DNA of 62,383 nt, the filler included, from Diploschistes diacapsis (lineage: Eukaryota), in the NCBI GenBank assembly GCA_023645945.1. It is 6 parts of 6 records of this genome, joined end to end, with 100 filler letters (N's around TTAATTAATTAA, not from the genome) between each part and the next. Parts side by side here need not be neighbours in the genome. Positions count along the whole stretch, not along the records: positions 10,444 to 20,781 come from JALAIB010000937.1; positions 20,882 to 31,215 come from JALAIB010000938.1; 4 more parts are not named here. The stretch is one strand, 5' to 3'. Both the position numbers and the translations under genes were made by a program. Shown in pieces: positions 13,170 to 26,444 of the stretch. Position 1 is the stretch's first letter. Every line of letters starts with the position of its first letter. The notes under the pieces were generated by a model, which was given only the letters and a program-made list of their open reading frames with translations, was not told the DNA's origin and did not search any database.

Positions 13170-16100
13170 ATGCCTTCCGACGACCACAACCCACAAAATC
13201 CTTTTACCCCACCCCAGTCGATACCTTTGCGGGATTTGTCAAGACCGCCGGACGATCGCAGTGGGGATGAGGAATGGGGTGGCTTGGAAGCGCCATCGGG
13301 CTTCAGAACAAGGGCTTTGTTGGGCAGTAGGCGGGCTTTCTCTGGGAGAATAAAGACGCAGGGTCGCTATGAAAGGGTGCTGGCTGGTGTTTCCAACGAC
13401 GACGATGATTCGAGGCTCGAGGTTCCTCATATCACCACTCCGAGAACCGCTCATCAGCCATCCGTTCCGTACGATGATGGGGAGTTCTCGCCCGTGAATA
13501 TTGGCGATTTCCAGGCTGCCATGGGCGGTCTGGATCTTGCGCCTTCGACTTCACAGATTTCAGCTACTTTCACGCCTGGCGGAACCCGTCTCAATCCTAT
13601 CGAGGAAGATTCTACAGCCCCGTCTACTTCATTTCCCACTCCAACCGAGGGCGACGGCGACGGCGACGACTACTTCGCATCCACAGCCGATGATCGAGCG
13701 CCTTTGACCGACACACGTTACCTACAGCCTATAAGCGGTTCGCAACTACCAGATGCTCATGGACAACGTCACGATAGGGATCACAAGCGAAACCCCCCTT
13801 ACACGAACCGAATGCTGGGGGACGATTTACCGGACCGAAGTTCTGCTGCGGGCGTTCGGAGATCTCTGAACAGGATGTCGTCTCTCAGCCTTCCGTCCCT
13901 TTCACGGTCGCTCTCTACCTCTGCCAGTCCGTTAAACACGGCTGGCAGCATGCTGAGGAGGGTGTCACAACGGGTGGTGAATCTCAGCAACGAGCCGGAA
14001 CCGGTCGAGCCTAGCGTGAGGCGGCAGGCAACACTCGATGCCGTCCCTTCCTTCCCTGCAATGACCGGATATGCGCACGACGATCTCCCAAGTCCCACCC
14101 CTCCACCCCTAGAGAAAGCTCCACCCCTAACTCATGTGGGTCTGCCGCGGCACAAGTGGCAGCAGCAAACCAACCCGCTAAGGGGATATTCACTGGGATA
14201 CTTTGGACCGGACAACAAGTTGCGGCTATGGCTGTGCGAGTTGCTGGTCCATCCGGTCACAGAACCCATTATCCTCGTTCTCATTCTGATCCAAACGATC
14301 CTTCTGGCTGTTGCTGCTGGAACAACCATGGACTACGGAGCCCGACCGTCAGGATGGGGAGGTGGTTATGCGGACATGGCACAGCTCGTCCTGTTCATAA
14401 TCTATACCCTGGAGATTGCGGCAAGAGTCGTGGTCTCCGGACTCATCAAGAACGCAGATGAGTATAGCACTCTTCCGCCTGGGCTGACGGTCGGCCAAGC
14501 TGCGCTTGCGATGCTGCAAAATCTATGGATGCCCAACAGAGATGGGACCCATGCCAAAATGCCGGGCATGGGAGCCGGGTACGTGCAAACTTCCATCCTC
14601 AAACAATTCACCTCCATGCAAAATAACGGGGAGCGAGGACACGGTCGACATGCGCAGCGTATTCGGCTTGCACGGCGTGCCTTCCTTCGACACTCCTTTC
14701 CTCGACTAGACTTTCTGGCCGTCGTTTCTTTTTGGGTGTCATTTATCCTGAGCGTCACCAACATCGAATCAGGGCAGCATCTCTACGTCTTCCAGATGTT
14801 GAGCGCCTTGAGAATCCTCCGGCTACTGAGCTTAACAAGGGGTACTTCGGTAAGCAACCTTGGTTGAAGGCTGGGCGTCCGCTAATGGCTATCAGATCAT
14901 CCTGCGTAGTCTGAAGAAAGCCGCGCCCCTGCTTGTGAATGTCTCATTCCTGATCGGCTTCTTCTGGCTCCTGTTTGCTATTGTCGGGATTCAGTCGTTC
15001 AAGTCTTCGTTTCGTCGCACCTGCATGTGGTTAGGAGACAATGCCACCGCGGTAGCAACCGGCAATACGTCGCTAGACCTCCTTGCTGGGAGCTATACTC
15101 AGAACCTGGCGCCTGAGAATATCCAATTCTGTGGCGGCCACATCAATGCGACTACCTTTCTCCCAGAGCCATACGTTCTCTCTGACCTTGTTACCCGAGG
15201 CACCGCAGACCCAAAAGGCTACATTTGCCCGGCTCGATCCTTGTGTGTCGAGGGACAGAATCCTTATAACGGCACTGTCAGTTTCGACAACATATTCCAG
15301 TCTTTGGAGCTAGTGTTCGTGATCATGAGCTCCAACACCTTCACCGACCTGCTTTACTATACCACGAATAGTGATCAGCTTACGGGTGCTCTGTACTTTG
15401 CGTTCGCGTTGTTTATAATGACTCTGTGGCTTATAAACTTGCTCGTCGCCGTCATCACCTCATCGTTCCAAGTCATCCGAGAGGAAAGCAAGACTAGTGC
15501 ATTCACGATGGACGACCAGGTCCTAACCGTTGAGGAGGAGGAGGATCAGCCGCGACGGAAAAGCACTACGTTGAAAAGAATATATGATAAAACCTACTGG
15601 TTTTGGATCGTTCTCATCGCGCTCAGTCTTGTGGTGCAGTGCGTTCGGTCTGTGGATTCTACCCCGTCGCAAGTTGAAGCTATCAGGGACATTGAATCGG
15701 TAATCACACTCATGCTTCTCGCGGAGATCATGTTTCGCTTCGTTTCCGACTGGAGGAATTTCCACCGGAGCCCTCGCAACTGGTTGGACCTGATCATGGC
15801 CGTGATCACGTCGATTATCCAGTTGCCTGTCATACGAGACTCCGGTCAGCCGTATGCTTGGCTGACCTTTTTCCAGGTCGTGCGGGTTTACCGCGTCGTG
15901 CTTGCCGTTCCACTGACCCGGAACTTGATCATGGTCGTTTTGGGTAACGCTTCTGGTCTCCTGAATCTAATCGTTTTCGTCTTCTTACTGACGTTTCTCG
16001 CGGCCATATTTGCCGTCCAACTGTTCCGCGGAGCAATCCCACCAAACGATGCTGTAGGCACAGTGGTGCGTATCACGTTTGCCAATATTTGGAACGCTTT

Positions 16101-19100
16101 CATCGGAATGTATCAGATCTTCTCTTCGGAAAATTGGACTACGGTCATGTACGAAGCGACGGATGTCGATGCTGTGTGGTATAACTCGTGGGTCGACGCA
16201 ACGTTCTTCATCCTCTGGTTCATCTTCGCAAACTTCATTATCCTGAATATGTTCATTGCTGTCATTCAAGAAAATTTTGATGTTAGCGAGGATGAGAAGC
16301 GGCTCCAACAGGTGAAAGCCTTTCTCCAGCAGAAAGAGCTGGTTGGTTCTGCGCACAGCAATCTGTCGCTCTCTACAATATTTAGACTAGGAAGGGACAA
16401 GAACCGGCACAAGGATCCGATTGATTACGGTCCAGCTACAATCGAAATGTTCAAAGACACAGTAGTCCAAGACTTCCTAGACGAACAGCTCGAGGCAATG
16501 GACGAGCCTCTCGCCGACGCAGACGGAGCTGGAGCGCCGCCGTCAAAGCAGCCGCCGCATGGATTGCTCCCCAGAATATGGAATACACTCGTTACACTCG
16601 TCTCGAGTAGGGAACCTAATCCCTTCTATTCCAGCCTGATGTTCTCCCGTCCATACGATGAACTGGATCCGCGAATGATGGCCAAAGAGATCGCTACCGC
16701 CGCTGAACAGAGGAAAATAGCGCAGCGTCAATATCTTCTGAACCATCCCAACTACATCAATTCACTCTACCTTTTCCAACCGAAGCACCCTCTGCGCCAA
16801 TTTTGCCAACAGTTCGTTGGGCCAGGTCGTGGCGCGAAACGAATCGAAGGCATCGATCCGTCGAAACGTTACTGGTACACTTTCTCGGCCTTCATTTATG
16901 CTTGTATCTGTGCCATGGTCCTTCTCGCCTGCATTGCCACGCCTCTCTATCAAATGCAATATTTCGAGAACCTTGGACGATATACTAATCGCAATTGGTT
17001 TGTCTGGGCTGACATGGGCTTCGCAGTCATATTCACCATCGAGGCCATCATCAAAGTTATTGCAGATGGTTTCCTTTTCACTCCAAACGCTTATTTCCGA
17101 AGCGCTTGGGGGTTTATCGATGGCGTTGTCCTTGTCACCCTCTGGGTCAGCGTCTCGGCTTCTCTGTTCAACCTTGGGCAGATATCGCGTGGCGTCGGAG
17201 CGGTCAAGGCTCTTAGGGCCCTCCGCTTGCTCAACGTCAGCGACACGGCCAGGAACACTTTCTATTCCGTGATAATTCTAGAAGGATGGAAGGTTGTTTC
17301 CGCTATCCTGGTGTCCTTGAGCCTGCTCATCCCCTTTGCCATCTATGGGCTGAACCTCTTCATGGGTCAATTCGAGAACTGCAACGATTTATCGCTGCCC
17401 TCTACATTACTCCGAGACTGTGTGGGCGAGTTTCAGAGTACCCCATTCGATAACAATTGGGGGGTGCTGGCCCCAAGGCAAGTCGCAAACCCTTACTACA
17501 ACTTCGACAACTTTGGCAATTCGCTCTTCATCCTCTTCCAGATTGTGTCCCAGGAGGGATGGATCGATGTCATGTGGTCTGCCATGTCCGCCACAGGTAT
17601 TGGAAACTTGCCGCAACCCAACGCCTCGCAAGGGAACGCCGTTTTTTTCATCATCTTCAACTTGCTCGGTGCCGTTTTCGTCTTGACCCTATTTGTATCC
17701 ATGTTTATGCGAAACTATACTGAGCAGACCGGAGTGGCATTCTTGACGGCGGAGCAGCGTTCATGGCTCGAATTGCGCAAGTTGTTGCTGCAGATCTCGC
17801 CATCGAAACGTCCCAGTCACAGGCCGGAAGATCACTTGCAAAATTGGTGTTACAGAATAGCCGTTCAAAAGCATGGACGCTGGGCGAGGATCATAACCAT
17901 TGTTCTTGTGCTTCACCTCTTTATCCTGATCCTTGAGTGGTATCCAGATCCTGCTGGCTGGGAAATCTCTCGTGACTTACTCTTCCTCCTCTTCTGCCTG
18001 GTCTATATTGCCAACATCGTCATTCGCCTGTGGGGGCTCGGGTGGAAGCGATTTCGCCGCAATTCTTGGGATCTCTATTCACTGCTCGCCGTTTTTGGGA
18101 CGGTCGTTACGACTATCCTGGATCTCGCCCTCCATGACCAGGAGCCTGTCATGAGACAGCTTCACAAGTACTTCTCAGTCTCCATCATTCTGATGCTTAT
18201 TCCTCGGAACAATGCACTAGACCAGCTGTTCAAGACCGCCGCAGCGTCGCTATCGACTATCGGAAACCTAATCGCCACGTGGCTTGTGCTCTTTATTGTC
18301 TTTGCAATTGCGTTGACTCAGACACTTGGCCTAACGAGGTTTGGTCCGCAAGAAAACGACAATCTCAACTTTCGCACCGTTCCAAAGGCTCTAATCTTGT
18401 TATTTCGAATGAGTTGCGGCGAGGGTTGGAACCAAATCATGATGGATTTTGCTAACGTCAATCCTCCTTTCTGTACCGAAAACGACGATTTCTTCACGAG
18501 TGACTGCGGTAGTGCTCCTTGGGCTCAGGTGCTATTTATTTCGTGGAATATTCTTTCCATGTATCTCTTCGTCAGCATGTTCGTCTCTCTCATCTTCGAG
18601 AGTTTCTCGTACGTGTATCAGCAAAGCAGCGGTCTTTCCGTTGTGAGCCGAGAGGAGATTCGAAGGTTCAAACAAGCTTGGGCGACATTCGACCCCGACG
18701 GGACCGGCTACATTCCCAAAGACGCTTTCCCGAAGCTCCTGGGAGAGCTATCGGGGGTCTTTGAAATGCGGATATATGACGGAGAGCACACAGTCAACCA
18801 GATCCTTGAAGCCTGCCGAGTGGAAACCCGCGGCGACGAAACACCAGGTGTAATTCACGGCATCGATATCGCCGCCCTCAACAAAGTCATCGGCTCCATC
18901 AACGTCTCCGAAATTCGCCGCCGTCGGCAACGCCTCAATATCTTCTCCCAAGAAGTCCTCGTCTCCGCCGATCCAGATCGCGGTGTCTCCTTTTCGTCCT
19001 GCCTCATGATCCTCGCGCACTACAAGGTCATCAACGACAGCAAAGCTTTGCGGCTCGAAGAGTTCTTGAGGCGCCGCCACCGCCTCCAGCGCGTCGAGGA

Positions 19101-20007
19101 GGAAGTCCGCCGCCGCATCGTCATCGGCTTTTTCGACACCCTCTTCTGGTCCCGCCAGTTCCGTCGCAGGCGGGAGCACCGCAACTCCGCCCGCATGGTC
19201 ACAGTTCCCGATTTTGCAGTCCCGGAGATTTATGTCGACGACCGAGACGGCCAAACACCGGGACCAACGCCGCACGTCGATCACTTCCCCGACGACGCGC
19301 ACCGGCCCCCGGTGCCGACGCTCACGCTCGACACCTCGGAAGACCGCATAGGGCCGCAGCGCAGCCACGGCTTCCGCTCGGCCCTGAACAGTCCACTCAC
19401 GCCCACGACACCGGACACCCCGTTCAATCGCTCGCGCGGCTCTTCCTTCGGCAGTTCGCCGTCGCGCTCAGTCCGCGGTTTCCCTGCTTCCGGCACGCTC
19501 CGCCCGCACCGGCCCTCGGACGTCAGTGAGGTCGATCCCCTCTCCCTGGGCGACGGCCAACGCGACAGACCCTCCTTCGAGACCGGTCTCTCGTTCGACC
19601 GCTCGCGCGCATCTTCCGAACGGCCCTCGTTCGAGCAGAGAGAACGAAGCGCAGGCCACTCGCCCGCCGGCAGCATCAGGGCGGGCAGCACGGGCTTCCA
19701 ACCTCCGAGCCATGCATACTCTCTCAGCGCTGAGTCTGGGCTCGGTGTCGGTGGGGGTGGGAGCAGTTCGCGGCTCGGTGGCGGGCTGGCCAGTAGTGCG
19801 GGTAGCGCGAGCACGGCCAGGCATAGGCGCCAGGCGAGCAGTCAGGGAAGCAACGCGGGGGCCGGCATGAACACGATCGAGGCGTTCGACAGCAGTGCGT
19901 GGGGGGAGAGCATCAAGCGGAGCTTTACGCTGAGGAGGAACGGGACGAGGGGGAGGAAGAGGGTGGCGAGGGGGGAGGAGCCGCCGATGCCGAGGATGGA
20001 GGAGTGA
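13170..20007 (+). CDS. CCH1: Calcium channel alpha-subunit Cch1, about 2263 aa; exons 13170-14849 and 14896-20007
   Basis: Four 6-TM repeats with S4 R/K helices (LRILRLL, VRVYRV, LRALRLL); pore filters SSNTF/SSENW/SQEGW/CGEGW (N/E/E/E); EF-hand-like FDPDGTGYI; 46-nt GT-AG intron. Confidence 0.97.
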
Positions 20008-20781
20008 AACGTCCATGTGCGTTACAAGATCAGGCGCGTTCGTAGGTTTCCTGGCTGGACTGGGTTACCGATGCGAGTTCTTGTGCCTTTCGATTCGGCG
20101 TCGTCTGGGTTTGCTTGGCAGTCTCGCTTCTATGGCCGGTCGTTCGTCTTGAAAAACTAACGCTTACGAGAAGAGGGTTTCGAAGGCGTTTAGGGAGGGG
20201 GTTTTTTAATTTCTTGTTTTGAAAAAGGGCGTAGAGGGAAGGGGTATGCACGGAAAATCTCGGAATCGGCGTTTTCCTTGGCATGTCGCTGCTCGCGTCC
20301 ACCGCATTTGTATACACGCATGGCACACGGCGTCCTCGTCCTTTAGCTCCGAGGGGGTTCCATGTTTGTATTTATTTCTCTATTTACATGACTCTCTGCC
20401 TGCCTGACTGGCCGTCTGTCCGTCGGCTCGTTCTACTCGCAGGCCCCAGAAGATAGAGTCCGTGGATGGGGCTGGGTTCGATGATACCAATGTGTCTGTC
20501 CGTCTCGTTTGGGCGTTTCGAAAATTGGGACGAAGGGGAGGGTTGTGCGGGGTTTGATTGTCTGGTTGTCGAGCAGGCTGATAAGATAGATGGGATACCT
20601 TTTGCAAAGAGAAGGGAAGAAAGGGGGGGGCGGATTCAATAGAGTTCGAATATATGACTTGAAATTCCTATTTCGCGGCCTTGGGTGGTGCTTTGGTGCT
20701 TTGGTGGTGGGTGAGCGTATGTAGTAAGATAGGGATAACTGCCGTTGCGAGCTTTGGCGAGCTGCCTGCACCCCTCCCTCC

Positions 20782-20881
20782 NNNNNNNNNNNNNNNNNNN
20801 NNNNNNNNNNNNNNNNNNNNNNNNNTTAATTAATTAANNNNNNNNNNNNNNNNNNNNNNNNNNNNNNNNNNNNNNNNNNNN
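20782..20881. other. Artificial contig linker
   Basis: 100-nt N/TTAATTAATTAA/N. Confidence 0.99.
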
Positions 20882-20887
20882 AATATA

Positions 20888-22163
20888 CAGTACTAGGCCA
20901 AAAGTAGTTAGGTCCACCATAAGCGGTAGTAAATAAATAATTAACTCTTGCTATTATTCTTCTAATTATGTCACCAAAATGCCGTTTGAAGCCGTTCGAG
21001 CGTTCGGAGCTTCTCTGCGCTTTCTATAGCGGTAATATTTTCAAAGATGCCACCGAAAAACTAAATATTTCTTATTTTATAGCTTAATATACGAAAAATA
21101 AAGTTTTAAAACGCGATAATAAGTAACATGATCTCGATCGCTCAGAACGACCCCGAATTATTACCGAAAATAAAGAAAATAGGCTCTATCGAAGCGCTAG
21201 GAGGTAGCTAAATACAAAATGGCACGAATTGCTCGAATTGACGCCTGCTAGTAAGAGTATAATACGTCGAAGATTCGCCGAAATCGATCTTCTTGTGAAG
21301 AAATATGCGAAGCGATAGCGCCTTTATTTGGATAATAAAGACGCTGTAAAACGCCTAAGATATGCGAGAGTTAATAGGAGCTGGCGTGCAGAGGATTGGG
21401 CTAACGTTTAATGGGCAGATGAATGCTTAATATAGATTCGTAGCGGCAAGATCTGATAATGGGTTTAGAGGTACTTTAGGAAGTAATAGCTGCACGAGCA
21501 TATCGCCGCTAAATCTAGGAACAGGAAGAGTATTATAATAATCGCTTTTATGAAAGTAAACGGGCGCGTCTTGTAATCTTTTTTCGACGAATATTATATA
21601 AATGAACGAACAGCTACCGCCGGAATATATTGTTTATTTTTACGCGATTTTATCCCCTAAATCTACGAGTTTAAATAAGCTTTTTTGCACGATAATATCC
21701 ATATACATAATATTAATAGTATTAAAACGCTTTTAAAGAAATTAGATGTTTAGACGTTCTAGTATCTCTTTTATAATCTAAATTTAAATATTATTAAGTA
21801 TTTATGGCCTACAATAAAAGAAAAGGGTTTTCAGCTTTATTCAAAACTTAAAACTATGCGCGGGAGTAGGCTGAAAAAGATAGAAACTTTAAAAACAGGA
21901 ATTCGAGACGCTTTTAGGGTGTTTCTAAAGGATAAGGAATGGGATTTGTTTATTAGATTAATTTAGTCTATACCGAAGCGAATATAGGCTTGTATCAACG
22001 CGTAAGGATGGCATACTAATTACTAATATAATCTATTATTTAAGTGCTTTAAAATGATCTACTTTGCGCATTTATTGAAGCTTTATTAAGTGCGCAATGG
22101 CTTGATAAAGTTGGTAGGTGGTATTTGTTTATTTGATACCTAACTACTTTTGGCACGTGACTG
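20888..22163 (+). mobile_element. Full-length (1276 bp) Tc1/mariner, impala-like DNA transposon inactivated by RIP
   Basis: 26-bp TIRs CAGTACTAGGCCAAAAGTAGTTAGGT / CAGTCACGTGCCAAAAGTAGTTAGGT (21/26 identical), TA on both flanks; transposase relics EDWANV*WADEC, FLHDNIHIH, NLNIIKYLW, SIPKRI*ACINA*GWHTNY*. Confidence 0.92.
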
Positions 22164-22588
22164 TATATCATACTCTACAGTAAACATCGGTATTGATGTC
22201 CAACATTCCCTAGATACTAATACTCTAATCATGACTTTTGATTTGCACTTTACATGGCTCTCTTTACTTTAAACATGAAATCCTTTCACAGAAGCATGCT
22301 ACCTTTCCTTCAAAGGCCCGTATCTCTTGTGAGCGCCCCCTACCTAGACTTGCAAATCATTTCGGCTTTGTGCTTTGTACACCCGCTCTGCACAGAACAC
22401 CAGCTCCCGTCTGTATCACACACTCAATCATGCATCTCTTCTTCTTCCATGGCAACTTGCAGCAGCAGATCGGACTGTACCTAGATCTCACCATGTCTCC
22501 GCAGCCACTCGCCTCGCACCTTTACTGCCAATGTTCAGCCAACATTTCCCAACTTCTTCCTCTGCCCTCTTAGCGAGCAGCTGCCATA

Positions 22589-24157
22589 ATGAGCCCGTTG
22601 AAGCTCGTTTCTGGCCCATCTAGACTTACTGCGTTATTGGCTCTGTCACTGTGTTTCGTCGGCATCCTGGTGTTCAATTGGCGTGGCCCCTCAAGCGTGA
22701 TCTTGGTGGAGAAGCTCCGAGCTCAGTCCCAAGGTTTTCTGAAAACGAAGAAGCCAGAACCGAGGTGCTTGATAGCCCCACATCCTGGACTGCCATCCAC
22801 TGCAAGCCTGAAGAAGCTTTGGAGCGACGTCGTCGGCGTGTTCGACAAGTTTCTACCGCTGCTGGACTTCATAGAGCAGCAGGTTCCCATCAAGTACGAC
22901 CGCATTGAGCCACTTCTACCTACAAGCGCTACGGAGGCAACGAGGATACGGTCCATCCATGAAGGCTTCATTGAATCCATACCCACGCAGCCAGATGGCT
23001 TGTTCAATGGTCGAGGAATCGTCATGGTTGCAGGTGGCTCCAAGTCAGAGTACGCAGCAACGAGCTTGGGGATGCTCCGGCTTACCGGGAGCAAACTGCC
23101 CATCGAGCTTTGGTTCGTAGACAAGAAAGTGGAGAAGCGAGGCTGGTGCGAGTCTATGCAGCCCGAAGGCGTGACATGCCGCTACATCTCGGACTACATC
23201 CCCGACGCCTCCTCCTCGGAAGTGCTCCCTTACGAAGACCAGTACACCACCACCGCCCTCCTCTTCTCCTCCTTCACCGAGATCCTCTATCTCCACAGCG
23301 ACACCATCCCCGTGACCAACCCGGACGACATCTTCTCCTCTGACCCGTACCGCGAGACCGGACTCGTCGCCTGGCCCGACTTCTGGGGCTCTAGCGAGAA
23401 CCCCTGGGCCCTCTACACAACCGGCCGCATCGCCGAGGCTATCGAGCAGCATCCCGATCACGGCACGCTCGACACCGCGCAGCTCCTCATCCACAAGTCC
23501 ACGCACTGGAAAACCCTCCTTCTAACCACCTACTACATCCACTACGCATCCTTCTTCCAGCGCTTTCTCTCCTCCACCGCGCCCTCTGCCCGTGGCCTCG
23601 CCGCCTCCCTCTACACCTCCCTCGCCGTCCTGCACGCCCCCTTCCACCACGTTCCCGCCGGCCCGGACCAAATCGCCCGCTCTGATGCGCACGGCGATAA
23701 GGAGAACGGCGGCTCCGGCGTCACCGTCCTGCACGCCGCGCCCGGCACCAACATGCCGCTGCTGATGCACACGTCCATTGCGCGCTTCGGCATCCGCGAC
23801 CTCATGTGCGACGCCACCTGCGTCGAGGACCGGGCCAGCGCGGCCGCGCACTCGGAGCGCTTCGGGCGGCCGAACGCGCGCCAGCGCATGATCGGCGACA
23901 AGGTGCGGACGATAGGCGCGATTGCGACGAGGTTCGACCAGTTCCACGATGCGCTGCTCGAGGGGCGGCGGCTGTTGAGCTGGAAGCAGTTGGAGGAGAA
24001 GGGGCTGGCGGGGTTCGAGGGCATGGTGTGGAGGGTTATGGAGAGGAGCGCGTGCTGGGAGCGGTCGCCGTGGCGGGAGGAGGGGGTCTGTGGGAATGTG
24101 GGGAGTTTTGTGGCCAAGGCGGTGGAGGGGTTTGTGCCTTGGAGGGAGATTTGCTGA
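22589..24157 (+). CDS. GT71 alpha-mannosyltransferase (Mnn2/Mnn5-like), type II membrane protein
   Basis: N-terminal TM anchor; GRGIVMVAGG, LRLTGSKLPIELW, ALLFSSFTEILYLHSD, GLVAWPDFW, K.THW. Confidence 0.88.
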   Translation: MSPLKLVSGPSRLTALLALSLCFVGILVFNWRGPSSVILVEKLRAQSQGFLKTKKPEPRCLIAPHPGLPSTASLKKLWSDVVGVFDKFLPLLDFIEQQVPIKYDRIEPLLPTSATEATRIRSIHEGFIESIPTQPDGLFNGRGIVMVAGGSKSEYAATSLGMLRLTGSKLPIELWFVDKKVEKRGWCESMQPEGVTCRYISDYIPDASSSEVLPYEDQYTTTALLFSSFTEILYLHSDTIPVTNPDDIFSSDPYRETGLVAWPDFWGSSENPWALYTTGRIAEAIEQHPDHGTLDTAQLLIHKSTHWKTLLLTTYYIHYASFFQRFLSSTAPSARGLAASLYTSLAVLHAPFHHVPAGPDQIARSDAHGDKENGGSGVTVLHAAPGTNMPLLMHTSIARFGIRDLMCDATCVEDRASAAAHSERFGRPNARQRMIGDKVRTIGAIATRFDQFHDALLEGRRLLSWKQLEEKGLAGFEGMVWRVMERSACWERSPWREEGVCGNVGSFVAKAVEGFVPWREIC

Positions 24158-24797
24158 GGGCGGGAGGGGAGGGGAGTCTGGTGGAGATGACGTGAAGAGG
24201 AGTTGTCCGAGACGTGGCAAATCAGCTTTGGCGTTCAATGCATGTGTACTGAGAATAAACTACGCTTGGGAGTAATATGCGGAGGGAGCTGTCTGGTTAC
24301 ATGGACGCACAGATGTTTTTGACAACCAAGGACGTACAGGGAGATAGCACAAGGGAGGGCGTGCATTATTTTGCTTTCCATTCTACGACGCGTACTAGGA
24401 TATGCCGCGGGGGAGGAGCACAACATCTGGCCAACGGCGATTTCTTAGCAGAGCTTAACGAGAGCGTATGAGAGCAATAATATCAGATACAGTTACGAGC
24501 GTAACTTTGACTCAGCCGCCCCTATCCCACGATGATGGCTTTCAGACTCAAGATTTCCTTCCAGTTTTGCTGTTTACAGACCATTTCCATGTCTCTGATT
24601 CCAAATATTTGCAGAACCTGCCGAGATACCACCGATACAACCTCACTCGAACCCAGAATGTTGCTTTATCAGACATAGCGGGAGCTAACGTCTGCAACTC
24701 GAGGTCTCCTTTTCCATATCAAACAAGCCATGACGCCCCCCTCCCAATCGCATCCGCATACTATGCCATTAATAGACTCTCATTTCCATCAAACGCT

Positions 24798-25992
24798 TTA
24801 GGCGGAGCGCACATATCTCGCAGTGACTATGCAGTGATCTATTCATTGCTGTTAGCTTCATCCCTTAAAGGCAACAAACCACATCAATAACAGCCATGAA
24901 GTCCCGCTGTCAGTAAGAAAGGGCTTACCTCGCTCGAAAGGCTCCAACGTCAGCTGCTCCAAGGGCTTGAACCTCTCTTCCCGTAACTTCTGCACCTCCC
25001 TTGCGAACACCGCTTCCGGGGCCGCGGTACTGTCAATGCAGTTCGCCTTGATACTGACAATCGCTGCCCCGCCCACCTTCAAGTATAGATGAGCGTTTAG
25101 AGCGACGATTTGGGCCTGGTTTGGCTGCGCCACGTCGGCAAATAGACAATCTACCATCCCGACGAGCATGCGATAACGTAGAGGGTGCCGCGCGTCCTCG
25201 ATGATGGGGATAACGTTGGTTCTTTTGGTTGCCATGTTGATTAGGTCTCGGCCAGATCTGTGCGAAAACTCAACGGCAAACACCACTCCCGTAGGACCGA
25301 CTATGTCAGCTACGTGACTGACGGAAGTGCCACTAGCTAGTCAGGTGGGTCAGACAACATAACGAATGGTGAAGTTGAGGTAACTAACCTGCTCCCAGAT
25401 AGAGAACTTTGCTTCCGGGCTGTATGAACAAATCATCCAGGCCACCGAGCACACCAGCCGCCAACTTCGAGCGGAAAGCTGTACACGGTTAATAAATGAA
25501 TGACATCGAGATTAGGCGTATTGTTACGGTTCCAGACGCGATATTCCACCTTCAGGGCGGTAGTGTCATTAGGGTCAGTATTCTCTTTCGGTGTTTCGAC
25601 CGAGACACGTTTCTCGCCATAGACTTGACATTATCAGCAAGTGGATATGACTTGCGAAGAGCCCGCTTACCAGATTCGCCAGGGGTCAAATTCTTGGTCA
25701 CCAATAAATCCTCTTTTCCACCACGGGCAACAAAGATGCCTGGGTGCCGATGTCTTTCGATGATGACTTTCGATCCCCCCCTCGCCCCTCCTCTGCCCCC
25801 TCTCGGTGCTCCTCTTCCTCTTCCGCGTGGTCCACCACGAGGAGCGCCGCGACCTCTACCACGTCCACCACGATCGCCGAAGCCGCCACGATCACCAAAG
25901 CCACCTCGACCGCCGCGAGATCCACCTCGTGGTGCCCCTCGCCCTCCTCTCCCGGAAAAGCCTCCCCCGCGACCGCGGGGTTGATAGGCCAT
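24798..25992 (-). CDS. NOP1: Fibrillarin, rRNA 2'-O-methyltransferase (5 exons)
   Basis: RGG/GAR N-terminus, [56 protein letters not shown]. Confidence 0.98.
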
Positions 25993-26444
25993 TGCAATCT
26001 AAACTGGATTCGCGGACTAGATTATTTGAAGACTCAAAATTACTTAGCAATATGCCCTATATCAAAGAGCTTGGGGGGTTAGCCTACCAGCTATCATTAG
26101 ACCACAAAGAATGTGAAAATTCGAATCTCCTGCAGGTGGAGATTAACACCCAAGTAAATTGTAAATACAGGGACAATGTGTCCAGGATGACTGAGCTTGA
26201 CAACCTCTTGAATATTGAATGGAATGCAGAAGCAGTGTGTTAAGTCCTCTTTGCGATTTTCTGTGATGAAACGTGAAGCTCTGTGAAGCTCCTATAAAGT
26301 TCGCGGGAAAAAGATTCGCTAGTCCGCCCCATAGGGCTGAGCGCTCGCACACCACCACGGAATTTCAACTAAGACCTTTCATACCAAGCCGCCGGCAACA
26401 GCGAGAATCACCAAAATTTCAAATTCCTTATTAACACCGCCGAG
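25993..26444. promoter_or_regulatory. Shared bidirectional promoter region of NOP1 and RPL17
   Basis: About 450 bp between divergent start codons; contains TAGGGCT (near 26332) and AAAATTTC (near 26413), reminiscent of ribosomal-protein/ribosome-biogenesis motifs. Confidence 0.55.

Noticed and set aside
18748..20016. Long antisense ORFs over the CCH1 3' end, and similar ones at 23522-24238 and 37697-38560
   Set aside because: Shadow ORFs of GC-rich coding sequence with low-complexity translations
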